NCBI GenBank assembly: GCA_036351795.1
Contig: JAZBPW010000174.1
Coordinates: 339-64,338, forward strand
Direction of reading: 5' to 3'
DNA: 64,000 nt
Source: Candidatus Zhuqueibacterota bacterium
GTDB lineage: Bacteria > Zhuqueibacterota > Zhuqueibacteria > Thermofontimicrobiales > Thiofontviventaceae
How positions within the stretch are numbered: position 1 is the stretch's first letter; each line of letters opens with the position of its first letter. A model generated the notes under the pieces. The model did no database searches. It was not told the origin of the DNA and saw only the letters and a program-made list of their open reading frames with translations. A program made the position numbers and the translations under genes. Shown here in pieces: positions 26,052 to 34,513 of this stretch.

Positions 26052-27608
26052 TTAAAAATATAGCTTTTTTATTTCAATATTCTTAAAATAATGCTTCAAT
26101 ATCTCTGTGTAGTGGTAACCCTTGAGCGCCATGACTGTCGCACCGACCTGACACAAACCGACGCCATGACCCCATCCGCCGCCTTTCAATGTGATCCTGT
26201 CGACTTTCCCTTCACCGGATAAGACTTTCTTTACATAGAAACAGGAGCTGTAGAGATGGCTTTTCGAAAAGAGACGTCGGATGTTCAGCTCTTTTCCCAC
26301 CGTGATTGTCCGTTTTGAACCGACGATCTTGATATAGATGATGCGACCAGATGCACCTCTTGACAAAGGGATGATATCCTGAAGTTCTCCGATATCGACA
26401 TTGTTTTTTTCCCGGATCAGTTGTTCGATCTCTTCCCGTTTATAGCTTACTTCCCAGCGGAACAGATTTTCCGTCGAATAGAGGTTGGCCAGTTTTGGCG
26501 GCAGCTCGTGAATATCCGTGTTGCAGAAGACAGGCGGGCTCGAATCGATCAGTCTTTGCGCCTTGTCTTCGGTATCCGCAGGGTATTCGATCTTCTCCTC
26601 ACTGTCAATACCGTCGACCAGATAGGGAATATCTCTTTCATCCCACACATTGCGGTAATTTTCGATAATGCCGCCGCAAATCTTTGAGTATCGTGCGTCA
26701 CACACGTCGCCTCCGTACATCAGAAATTCCCCGTATGTATTTTCGACAGCCTTGCGCGAAATGTCCTGCTCCCTGAGCACTCCCTGATAGCATTGACAGT
26801 GATCGTCGGAACATAGATGATAGGATGTGTTGTAATGGTGCTTTCCCATTGTAGCCAGCACAGTACTGCGCGCAGCGATTGTCTGGGCTTCGAGCAGGGC
26901 AATGGGGCAATCCGGAGTCATTTCAGAAGAATTTACGCTTGCCAGATAGTCTTCGATATTGAGTTCGTTGATTGCCTCGAGTTCTCCGCTATTGTTAAAG
27001 CCGATTTCCAGGATGCCTCTGTATTCGAGGGTCTCAGTACGCTGCCAGTGAAACTCGATACCGATCGGCACCTTATCCACAGCGATATGCGCATCTGGTT
27101 TGGATGGGATGACCCTGATCCTCGAGCCAAGCTTTTGCCCATCGATAGAGATCTCACCGGAGGCATGTGTCTCTATGTTTTCAACAACAGTTGAATCATC
27201 CGTATCGGGAAGAGTCGATAATTGTTTCTCGGCCTCATTCCTGCTTTCAAAATCTCCAACGACAAGCCAATAGTCCCGGTTATCCAGAGTCACCGTTTCG
27301 AAAGGAATGGTTAGTCCGACGCGTCTGATTTTCGGTTCAAATCCCTTTTCCTTCAGCAAATCTGACCTTTCCCGGGCAAGCTCCAGATCCCTGTACAATC
27401 CAGTGCGGATCTGATATGTCACCTTCGCCGGTTTGGGGGATGACATGTCGCAGACATAGCCGGTTGAAGCACGGCCGGCAAATTTTACCTGATTGTTGAC
27501 ATCGACGATCTGAAAGTCTTCATGACATTTAAATGTTACGGTTTCAGCGGATTGAATGATTCCAATCCTGATCGTGGGGGCTTTGTGAAATTTGTCTTTT
27601 TTGTTCAT
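26052..27608 (-). CDS. SpoIID/LytB domain-containing protein (lytic transglycosylase / amidase enhancer family)
   Basis: C-terminal signature LKGGGWGHGVGLCQVGATVMA is typical of SpoIID. The ATG at 27608 (MNKKDKF) is preferred over the TTG at 27638; the start is uncertain. Confidence 0.8.
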   Translation of the reverse strand: MNKKDKFHKAPTIRIGIIQSAETVTFKCHEDFQIVDVNNQVKFAGRASTGYVCDMSSPKPAKVTYQIRTGLYRDLELARERSDLLKEKGFEPKIRRVGLTIPFETVTLDNRDYWLVVGDFESRNEAEKQLSTLPDTDDSTVVENIETHASGEISIDGQKLGSRIRVIPSKPDAHIAVDKVPIGIEFHWQRTETLEYRGILEIGFNNSGELEAINELNIEDYLASVNSSEMTPDCPIALLEAQTIAARSTVLATMGKHHYNTSYHLCSDDHCQCYQGVLREQDISRKAVENTYGEFLMYGGDVCDARYSKICGGIIENYRNVWDERDIPYLVDGIDSEEKIEYPADTEDKAQRLIDSSPPVFCNTDIHELPPKLANLYSTENLFRWEVSYKREEIEQLIREKNNVDIGELQDIIPLSRGASGRIIYIKIVGSKRTITVGKELNIRRLFSKSHLYSSCFYVKKVLSGEGKVDRITLKGGGWGHGVGLCQVGATVMALKGYHYTEILKHYFKNIEIKKLYF

Positions 27609-28377
27609 CGCAATACCTGTAAAATTGTTGAAATCCAATAACCATAACGATTAATGCCGCAATAATAACAAATGGATCGACGTGATCGCCGGAGAGGTAC
27701 CAGCTGATATCAGCGTCTTCCACATTCGAAAAAATAAGTGCCAATGCATTATTTGTCGAATGGGCGATGATTGATGGGTAAATACTGTCGCTTTTCCACG
27801 CCATGACACCAAGGAATATGGCAAATATAATGATCTGTATTGTCCACCATGGATTTAAATGCACAACCGCGAAAATGAGCGACGTCAGCATGATCGCCTT
27901 TGTGACGTCGAAGGCATGTTCAAAGCTTTTCTGCACGAAACCTCTGAAAAGCATCTCTTCGCATACGCCGGCAAGAATCACAGCGGAGAAAACCAGGGAG
28001 ATCAACTCAGCGGCACCGTTGAACTCCATTGCCTGTTTGAGTATGTCCTGAAACGCGTCTGGCATGGGAAAAAATATAGCAATCAGCCGGTCGGCTTCGT
28101 CTGCCAGCACAGACAATGCCAAACCCAGAAGTATGGAAGTGATGAGAATGTTGGGTTGAATGGCTTTCAACCTGAAGGTTTCAACCAGAGAGAACTTTTT
28201 GCGAATGGCATAAACCAGCGCTGGAAGGATCGTCATTCCCTCGATGAGCAAAAATTGAGATTTCTGCAGTCCGAGCAATATCGAGATCATAGCTCCGAAA
28301 ATGATCATGGCGCCCGTGATGACGATGATGAACAATGCCTGATTTTGATCGGGTATCCTGGATCTATTGTTTTCCAT
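27544..28377 (-). CDS. CPBP-family (CAAX/Abi) intramembrane glutamic endopeptidase
   Basis: Multi-TM protein with motif 1 CEEMLFRGF, motif 2 FAVVH and motif 3 IIAHSTNN. The 3' end overlaps the SpoIID start by about 65 nt. Confidence 0.8.
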   Translation of the reverse strand: MENNRSRIPDQNQALFIIVITGAMIIFGAMISILLGLQKSQFLLIEGMTILPALVYAIRKKFSLVETFRLKAIQPNILITSILLGLALSVLADEADRLIAIFFPMPDAFQDILKQAMEFNGAAELISLVFSAVILAGVCEEMLFRGFVQKSFEHAFDVTKAIMLTSLIFAVVHLNPWWTIQIIIFAIFLGVMAWKSDSIYPSIIAHSTNNALALIFSNVEDADISWYLSGDHVDPFVIIAALIVMVIGFQQFYRYCDEQKRQISQSPHDQDWNHSIR

Positions 28378-29164
28378 ACGAATTTACTGCCTCACTTAAG
28401 AGAATGCCTGTGGCAACAGACATGTTCAGAGACTCTGCCTGTCCGTGGAGCGGGATCCTCAAGCGGACATCCGCCAGCGCGGCAATATCAGAAGCGATGC
28501 CTCTGGACTCGTTGCCTACAATGATGACTTTCCTGTTCGAATATTGATGTCTATGATAATCAGTGTCACCCTGAATTTCCGATGAATAGATCGTGAATCC
28601 TCCGTCCTTCAATATCTTCAACTGCTGAACCAGGTCAACATTCTCGACGACGGGTATATGAAATATCGATCCCATTGTCGAACGCAGCACCTTCTCATTG
28701 TAAAGATCTACGGAGTCGGCGCCAAGAAGCACGGCATCAATTCCGAATCCGTCGGCGGTACGAATAATGGTCCCCACATTGCCCGGATCGCGACCGCTGT
28801 CCACAGCCAGGAGAAATTTCATGTCGAGAAGTTCAACCAGAGTTTCCGGCTTGTTGACAATGCCCAGCACGCCCTGAGAATTTACCGTGTCCGAGAGGGT
28901 AGCCAGATCTTTGTCAGTGATCTGCTTCACAGGAATGTCGTGTTCTCTACAGTGATCGAAAAACCATTCGACATCAATCGATGCAAGAGAAGACATGTGT
29001 AAGAGAAGTACTTCCATGGCGTAATCCGAATGTATCGCCTCTTTGCACATTTTGATGCCTTCGATGATAAATTTATTTTCCCGTTTTCTGAATTTTTTGG
29101 ATTTGAGGGATTTATAGATTTTTAAGGTGTTTTTCGATAATGGCTCTGATTTATGAGATTTCAA
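28364..29164 (-). CDS. TrmH/SpoU-family RNA 2'-O-methyltransferase (RlmB-like)
   Basis: SpoU motifs LLAVDSGRDPGNVGTIIRTADGFG, IIVGNESRGI and IPLHGQAESLNMSVATGILLSE. An N-terminal substrate-binding domain is present. The start is TTG. Confidence 0.85.
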   Translation of the reverse strand: MKSHKSEPLSKNTLKIYKSLKSKKFRKRENKFIIEGIKMCKEAIHSDYAMEVLLLHMSSLASIDVEWFFDHCREHDIPVKQITDKDLATLSDTVNSQGVLGIVNKPETLVELLDMKFLLAVDSGRDPGNVGTIIRTADGFGIDAVLLGADSVDLYNEKVLRSTMGSIFHIPVVENVDLVQQLKILKDGGFTIYSSEIQGDTDYHRHQYSNRKVIIVGNESRGIASDIAALADVRLRIPLHGQAESLNMSVATGILLSEAVNSYGKQ

Positions 29165-29624
29165 AATACTTTTCTTCTTCTTTTTCGAGAATCGTCATAA
29201 CCTCATGCGCTGTTTGAGAGTTCATCAGTCTTTCGCGAAATTCCTGATTGTGCATCAGACGTGAAATCCGACTCAACGCTTTAAGGTGTGGCCCGGTTTT
29301 ATCAGGTGGTCCAACGAGCATAAAAATCAGCCTCACCGGAACATTATCTATCGAATGAAAATCTATGTCTTTATCGGCAATACCGAACAGGGCGACGATA
29401 TCGTTGATTCCCTCTGCTTTGCCGTGAGGAATCGCTACGCGGTTGCCAACGCCCGTACTCATCACTTTCTCGCGATCGAGTATCGCTTTCAATATTTTGT
29501 TCTTGTCTTCGATTTTATTATGATCATAGAGGTAGTCCACCATTTCCTTGATCACATCCTCTTTGGAATGACTCGTTAAAGGGATGATGATCTGATCCTC
29601 TGTCAATATATCTTTCAATTTCAT
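29151..29624 (-). CDS. ptsN: PTS EIIA-type-2 (nitrogen-regulatory IIA-Ntr-like) protein
   Basis: 157 aa. The phosphorylatable His context reads MSTGVGNRVAIPHGK. Also matching are IVALFGI and the LSRISRL region typical of PtsN/EIIA-2. Confidence 0.75.
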   Translation of the reverse strand: MKLKDILTEDQIIIPLTSHSKEDVIKEMVDYLYDHNKIEDKNKILKAILDREKVMSTGVGNRVAIPHGKAEGINDIVALFGIADKDIDFHSIDNVPVRLIFMLVGPPDKTGPHLKALSRISRLMHNQEFRERLMNSQTAHEVMTILEKEEEKYFEIS

Positions 29625-29659
29625 TTAACAGCTCCTCGTGCAATACCAACATTGCCCAG

Positions 29660-30142
29660 TTAAAGCTTGTAACCGATTTTACGCAGGAAGGATTTTCTCT
29701 CGGACACATCATCCTCGCCCTCAAACCCCAGGGGATTCTCTCCATCGATGACACCGAGAATGCCTCTTCCCTGATCTGTTTGAGCAATGATGAGTTCCAC
29801 CGGATTTGCCGTAGCGCAGTATATACGGCATACCTCGGGAACGCGCTTGATCGTCTGCAGTACATTGATCGGAAACGCATCCTGGAGGAAGATGATGAAA
29901 GAGTGACCGGCGCCGATGCTCATTGCATTCTGCCTGGCCAGCTCGATGAGTTCGTCATTGGTGCCACTGTAGCGCACAAGCCTTTTTTCGGATGCTTCAC
30001 AGAAAGCAACGCCAAATTGAATGTTTGGCACCGAATTGACCAAAGCTTCATGGATATCTTCAACGGTCTTGATAAAATGTGAATGACCCAATATCAAATT
30101 AAAATGATCAGGATTCTCTATTTGAATCAGGCTTATTTCCAT
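29660..30142 (-). CDS. Adenosine-specific-kinase-family protein (PF04008-like, formerly DUF355)
   Basis: Start moved to ATG 30142 with RBS GGAGGAATTGTC. The sequence MEISLIQIENPDHFNLILGHSHFIKTVEDIHEAL...GAGHSFIIFL...PINVLQTIKRVPEVCRIYCATANP matches my recollection of this family. Confidence 0.6.
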   Translation of the reverse strand: MEISLIQIENPDHFNLILGHSHFIKTVEDIHEALVNSVPNIQFGVAFCEASEKRLVRYSGTNDELIELARQNAMSIGAGHSFIIFLQDAFPINVLQTIKRVPEVCRIYCATANPVELIIAQTDQGRGILGVIDGENPLGFEGEDDVSERKSFLRKIGYKL

Positions 30143-30461
30143 GACAATTCCTCCAGCAGATAAAACCATAAAATAATGAATTTCCGATAATAAATCAAGT
30201 ACTTTATGTCGTTTCTTGTGTATCCCGCGAACTGCAAATTCCAATGTAAAACAGTGTCGCTGCATCACGATTGTTGTCGCCATAAACGGTCCGCTATCAG
30301 TTCACACAGAAAAATGTGGCATTTATAAAACGATCATTAAAGATGATGACACTCTCCATATCGAACTTCATTCATACATGAGCGTAGAACAGGCGTTATA
30401 CCGTTGTCTTTCTTTCAAAAAATCTGAAATATTTTAATCTTCACCAAACCGGAGAAAGGTT

Positions 30462-31553
30462 GTGAACCAAATTCAATTTTGTGATCTGCATTGTGATACA
30501 GCGATGGAACTCATCGCCGGGAATAGACTCAATGATACCAGTACTCAAGTCAATCTCCCCTCTATGACACTCGGAAACGTCGCGATTCAACTGTTTGCCT
30601 GCTATGTGCCCCCAAGCATACCGGAAGGAGAAAGGGCGCCTCTCGTGTCAAATATGATGGATCATCTGAAGAGGGAGATAGAAGTCAATTCTGAACAGAT
30701 CGCACTGTGTACGACCTGTGATGATATCGTTTCCCGGATGGAGGAAGGCGTTAAGTGCGCTGTGATGACGATCGAGAACGGAATGGCGATTGAAAATGAC
30801 CTTCGCAATCTGGAAAAATTTTATGAGGATGGCATACGTTGCATCACCATCGTTCACGCGAAAAGTCACGACTGGGCGATTTCATCGAACGATCAACATC
30901 CTGCATTCGATGGACTTACGCCTTTCGGAGAAAAAGTGATCGCGGCTATGAATGAAATGGGTATGATAATCGATGTGTCGCACGCACATGATATCACTGT
31001 GGAAAAAATTCTGAAAATCTCGAAGCTGCCTGTGATAGCGAGCCATTCCTGTGTCAGGGAACTTTGTGATTCGCCGAGAAATCTGAGTGATGATCTGATC
31101 AGGAAGATTGCAGATGGAGGTGGCATGGTCGGTATCAATTTTTACCCCGGATTTCTCGACGACCGCTATGCAAAATTGATCGACGAACGCGCAGGGTCTC
31201 TTTTCAGCGAATTGAGCAGAATGGAAAAAAAAGCCGGGAATGACATCGGGGAGATCTCAAGAATGTTTCAGCAGTTCAGGGTGACGTTGAAAGATAAAAT
31301 GAGGGATGCACCTGTGAGTATGGATCGTATTTTTCAGCATGTCCTGTACATCATCGACCTCGTTGGTGATGACTGTGTTGGATTTGGTTCGGATTTTGAC
31401 GGTATCCCCGATACTCCTGAAAACTTTGATGATTGCGGTAGTTTTCGGCATATTGCAGACTGGTTCCATGACGCTGGATTTTCAACAGAACGGATGAATA
31501 ATATTTCACATCAGAATTTTCTGAGGATATTCAAATTGCATAACAACTGTTAA
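30462..31553 (+). CDS. Membrane dipeptidase (peptidase family M19)
   Basis: GTG start with a GGAG RBS. Matching motifs: metal-binding CDLHCDT, TIVHAKSHDW, DVSHA, HSC and GSDFDG. Confidence 0.85.
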   Translation: MNQIQFCDLHCDTAMELIAGNRLNDTSTQVNLPSMTLGNVAIQLFACYVPPSIPEGERAPLVSNMMDHLKREIEVNSEQIALCTTCDDIVSRMEEGVKCAVMTIENGMAIENDLRNLEKFYEDGIRCITIVHAKSHDWAISSNDQHPAFDGLTPFGEKVIAAMNEMGMIIDVSHAHDITVEKILKISKLPVIASHSCVRELCDSPRNLSDDLIRKIADGGGMVGINFYPGFLDDRYAKLIDERAGSLFSELSRMEKKAGNDIGEISRMFQQFRVTLKDKMRDAPVSMDRIFQHVLYIIDLVGDDCVGFGSDFDGIPDTPENFDDCGSFRHIADWFHDAGFSTERMNNISHQNFLRIFKLHNNC

Positions 31554-31772
31554 GCTGTTGTAATAAACAGAATAAAGTCGCTATTTTAAATTAAATATTG
31601 TAACTATATAATATTATATTACGATAACCTTCACTTTTTCTTCTTACAATCACCTTTTGTGATATACGTTATCCAAAAGGTGTAACTTATGCATTGACAA
31701 AGGGTTACAAATCTACATCTTGTATCTGATTTAAAAATATATACCAAATATTGATATTTTTTGAAAAAAATC

Positions 31773-31801
31773 TTGACAAAGAGGGAATAAAATCTTATAT
31801 T
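31773..31801 (+). promoter_or_regulatory. Sigma70-type promoter of nrdJ (TTGACA-17-TATATT)
   Basis: TTGACA at 31773-31778, an exactly 17-nt spacer, and TATATT at 31796-31801. This leaves an ~80-nt 5' UTR containing an 8-bp hairpin (TTGGTAAA...TTTACCAA). Confidence 0.55.
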
Positions 31802-31888
31802 AATGACCGTTTGGTAAACCTGGCCTTTTACCAACAGGGATGTAGGCGTAATTAATTACTATTCAACCACCAATGTTGCGGAGAAGTA

Positions 31889-34243
31889 ATGGGCAAGTTT
31901 TCAATCCTTGACTCCAAGACCCCACCCGAGAACCTCGAATTACTCTTTGATCAGGAAAAGGACAGCTATGTTTTCAGTATCGATAATACCGAAGACTCCG
32001 TAGCTGTCGAAGAGATCGTTGATGACCGGGAAGAGGACGTTGTACCAGAGCTGTGTGAAAATGCCCTCACGGTACTACAGAAAAGATATCTCCTGAAGAA
32101 TAAAGAAGGAAAGATCGTCGAGGATCCGGAGCAGATGTTCCGCCGTGTCGCACGTGTGATCGCCTCGGCCGATAAGAATTATGATCCAGAAGCGGATATC
32201 GAGTCCGTTGAGAGAGAATTTTACAATGTCATGGCGCGGCTTGAGTTTCTGCCCAATTCTCCGACGCTGATGAACGCGGGACGCAAGCTGGGGCAGCTTT
32301 CCGCCTGTTTTGTGCTGCCTGTCGAAGACTCCATGGAGTCTATTTTCGAGACGATCAAGAATACGGCGTTGATCCATAAAAGCGGCGGGGGAACCGGTTT
32401 CTCTTTCTCCAGAATACGACCGAGAAATGATCTTGTTCAATCGACGAAAGGCGTTTCCAGCGGACCTGTTTCATTCATGACTGTTTTCGATGCTGCCACA
32501 GACACAATCAAGCAGGGCGGCACACGCAGAGGCGCGAACATGGCCATCCTGCGCATCGATCATCCCGATATTCTCGATTTTATCAACTGCAAACACGACC
32601 ATGACAAGCTCAATAATTTCAATATTTCAGTCAGCGTCACAGATAAATTTATGGAAGCCCTGGAGAAGGGTGGTGACTATGAGCTGATCAATCCCAGGAC
32701 AAAAGAGGTCGCTGGAAAGCTGAATGCCGCAAGCGTATTCGAGCTCATCGTAAAAAGAGCATGGCAGAATGGTGATCCGGGCATTGTTTTCATCGACAGG
32801 ATCAATGAGCATAACAGGACGCCGGAACTGGGAGAGATCGAGAGCACGAATCCGTGCGGCGAGCAACCCCTCCTTCCATATGAGAGCTGTAACCTCGGAT
32901 CGATCAACCTGTCGAAAATGGTGACCGGTGGCGAGATCAACTACAACAAAATCAAGCGAACGGTGCATACGGCGATTCACTTTCTGGACAATGTCATAGA
33001 CGTAAACCGCTACCCGCTGCCACAGATAGAAAAAATCACCAGGGCGAATCGAAAAATAGGTCTTGGTGTGATGGGCTTCGCGGACATGCTGATCAAGCTG
33101 GGAATTCCATATAATGACGATCACGCAATTGAAACCGCCCGGGCAGTGATGGAATTCATCAATGAGGAAGCCGAGATTAAATCTGAAGAGATCGCCAGGA
33201 AACGCGGCGAATTCCCCAATTTCGATTCCAGTCTCTACAAGACAACGGGTCATAACAAGGTTCGCAATGTGACTCGAACGACAATTGCGCCCACCGGTAC
33301 ATTGAGCATCATCGCGGACTGTTCGTCGGGTATCGAGCCGCTCTTTGCCGTCTGCTTCGTTCGAAACGTACTCGATGACAACAGGCTGTTGTACACGCAC
33401 CCGGAATTTGAAAAAATGGCAAGGGAAAGAGGTTTTTACTCTCCCGAGCTCATGGACAACATCGCGGTTGAAGGAGGCGTGCAAAAGTTCGATGAAGTAC
33501 CCGAAGATTTGAAAAGCCTGTTTATCACATCGCATGATATTGAACCGAAGTGGCATGTCAAGATGCAGGCGGCATTTCAGGAATTCACCGATAACGCGGT
33601 TTCGAAGACGGTGAATTTTCCGAATGACGCCACCGAGACAGATGTCAGAGAAGTGTATATGCTTGCTTACAAGCATGGATGTAAAGGCGTGACAATCTAT
33701 CGCGATGGAAGCCGGGACGTCCAGGTTCTGAAGAAAGGCACAAAACCGGAGGCGAAGGATACACAGGAGGCGGTAGAAAATCTCGCAGCCACCGGTAAAA
33801 TGGTGCGACCTGAAATCCTGGATGGGAAAACGATCAAGATGAAAACGGGCTGTGGCTCGCTCTATGTAACCATCAATGAGGAGAATGGCGTACCCTTTGA
33901 ATTATTCAATACCATGGGCAAAGCAGGGGGATGTGCTGCGAGCCAGTCCGAAGCCATCGGTAGGCTGGTATCCCTCACGCTACGCCGCGGCATTTCTTTC
34001 GAAGATATTGTGAAAGAACTTGGCGGCATCAGTTGTCACAAACCGCATGGGATTGGTCGCCGTAAAAATCTTTCCTGTTCAGATGCGATCGCGAATGCGA
34101 TCAACATCTATCTTCAACACGAAGGCATGGGCAAGGGCAAGCTTGAACAGCAAGGCGGGGCATGTCCTGAGTGCGGCGGCCCGATCGAACACGAAAGCGG
34201 CTGCGCCGTATGCCGGACCTGTGGCTATTCCGAGTGCCAGTAA
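31889..34243 (+). CDS. nrdJ: Adenosylcobalamin-dependent ribonucleotide reductase (class II)
   Basis: Active-site motif TNPCGEQPLLPYESCNLGSINL. Other matches are LPNSPTLMNAG, ACFVLPVEDSM and a C-terminal Cys-rich Zn tail CPECGGPIEHESGCAVCRTCGYSEC. Length 784 aa, with no intein-sized insertion. Confidence 0.93.
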   Translation: MGKFSILDSKTPPENLELLFDQEKDSYVFSIDNTEDSVAVEEIVDDREEDVVPELCENALTVLQKRYLLKNKEGKIVEDPEQMFRRVARVIASADKNYDPEADIESVEREFYNVMARLEFLPNSPTLMNAGRKLGQLSACFVLPVEDSMESIFETIKNTALIHKSGGGTGFSFSRIRPRNDLVQSTKGVSSGPVSFMTVFDAATDTIKQGGTRRGANMAILRIDHPDILDFINCKHDHDKLNNFNISVSVTDKFMEALEKGGDYELINPRTKEVAGKLNAASVFELIVKRAWQNGDPGIVFIDRINEHNRTPELGEIESTNPCGEQPLLPYESCNLGSINLSKMVTGGEINYNKIKRTVHTAIHFLDNVIDVNRYPLPQIEKITRANRKIGLGVMGFADMLIKLGIPYNDDHAIETARAVMEFINEEAEIKSEEIARKRGEFPNFDSSLYKTTGHNKVRNVTRTTIAPTGTLSIIADCSSGIEPLFAVCFVRNVLDDNRLLYTHPEFEKMARERGFYSPELMDNIAVEGGVQKFDEVPEDLKSLFITSHDIEPKWHVKMQAAFQEFTDNAVSKTVNFPNDATETDVREVYMLAYKHGCKGVTIYRDGSRDVQVLKKGTKPEAKDTQEAVENLAATGKMVRPEILDGKTIKMKTGCGSLYVTINEENGVPFELFNTMGKAGGCAASQSEAIGRLVSLTLRRGISFEDIVKELGGISCHKPHGIGRRKNLSCSDAIANAINIYLQHEGMGKGKLEQQGGACPECGGPIEHESGCAVCRTCGYSECQ

Positions 34244-34365
34244 ATTGATAGACCGGGAACTGAGAATGCAATCGCACATAAGCTTGAAAGGCGACGACGA
34301 TAAAGTATGATAAATTAAAAATCGAATAGTTCGTCGCGTATAGAATTGGTCGGGAAACTCAAGTC

Positions 34366-34402
34366 AACCTTCCGCATTTTTTCATCAGCGGAGGGTTTTT
34401 TT
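34366..34402 (+). terminator. Rho-independent terminator after nrdJ
   Basis: AACCTTCCGC (34366-34375) pairs with GCGGAGGGTT (34388-34397) with one G-U wobble. It is followed by TTTTTTA. Confidence 0.7.
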
Positions 34403-34513
34403 ATGTTCAGAGGATTTCATGGATACATAATTTGCTTGCAATTATTAAATAAACGGTTTACATTTAGGTCACTCAAATGACGGATTATAAGGATCATACG
34501 CGGAGGCCATACA

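Noticed and set aside
27544-27638. Possible frameshift or pseudogene at the CPBP/SpoIID overlap
   Set aside because: Both frames are intact and each protein has complete family motifs. The overlap shrinks to ~65 nt with the ATG 27608 start. No disrupted frame is evident.
31631-31834. 67-aa minus-strand ORF in the nrdJ upstream region
   Set aside because: It lies in very AT-rich promoter DNA with Lys/Phe/Ile/Tyr-rich composition and covers the predicted promoter. It is most likely not coding.
31554-31888. Cobalamin riboswitch or NrdR boxes upstream of nrdJ
   Set aside because: I recognised no B12-box (GCCACTG-like core) and no 16-bp NrdR palindrome (acaCwAtATaTwgtgt). Only unrelated inverted repeats are present. 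This was checked by eye, so a computational scan is still advisable.
32627-33676. 349-aa minus-strand ORF
   Set aside because: It is antisense to nrdJ, whose frame carries unmistakable class II RNR motifs. It is a shadow ORF.
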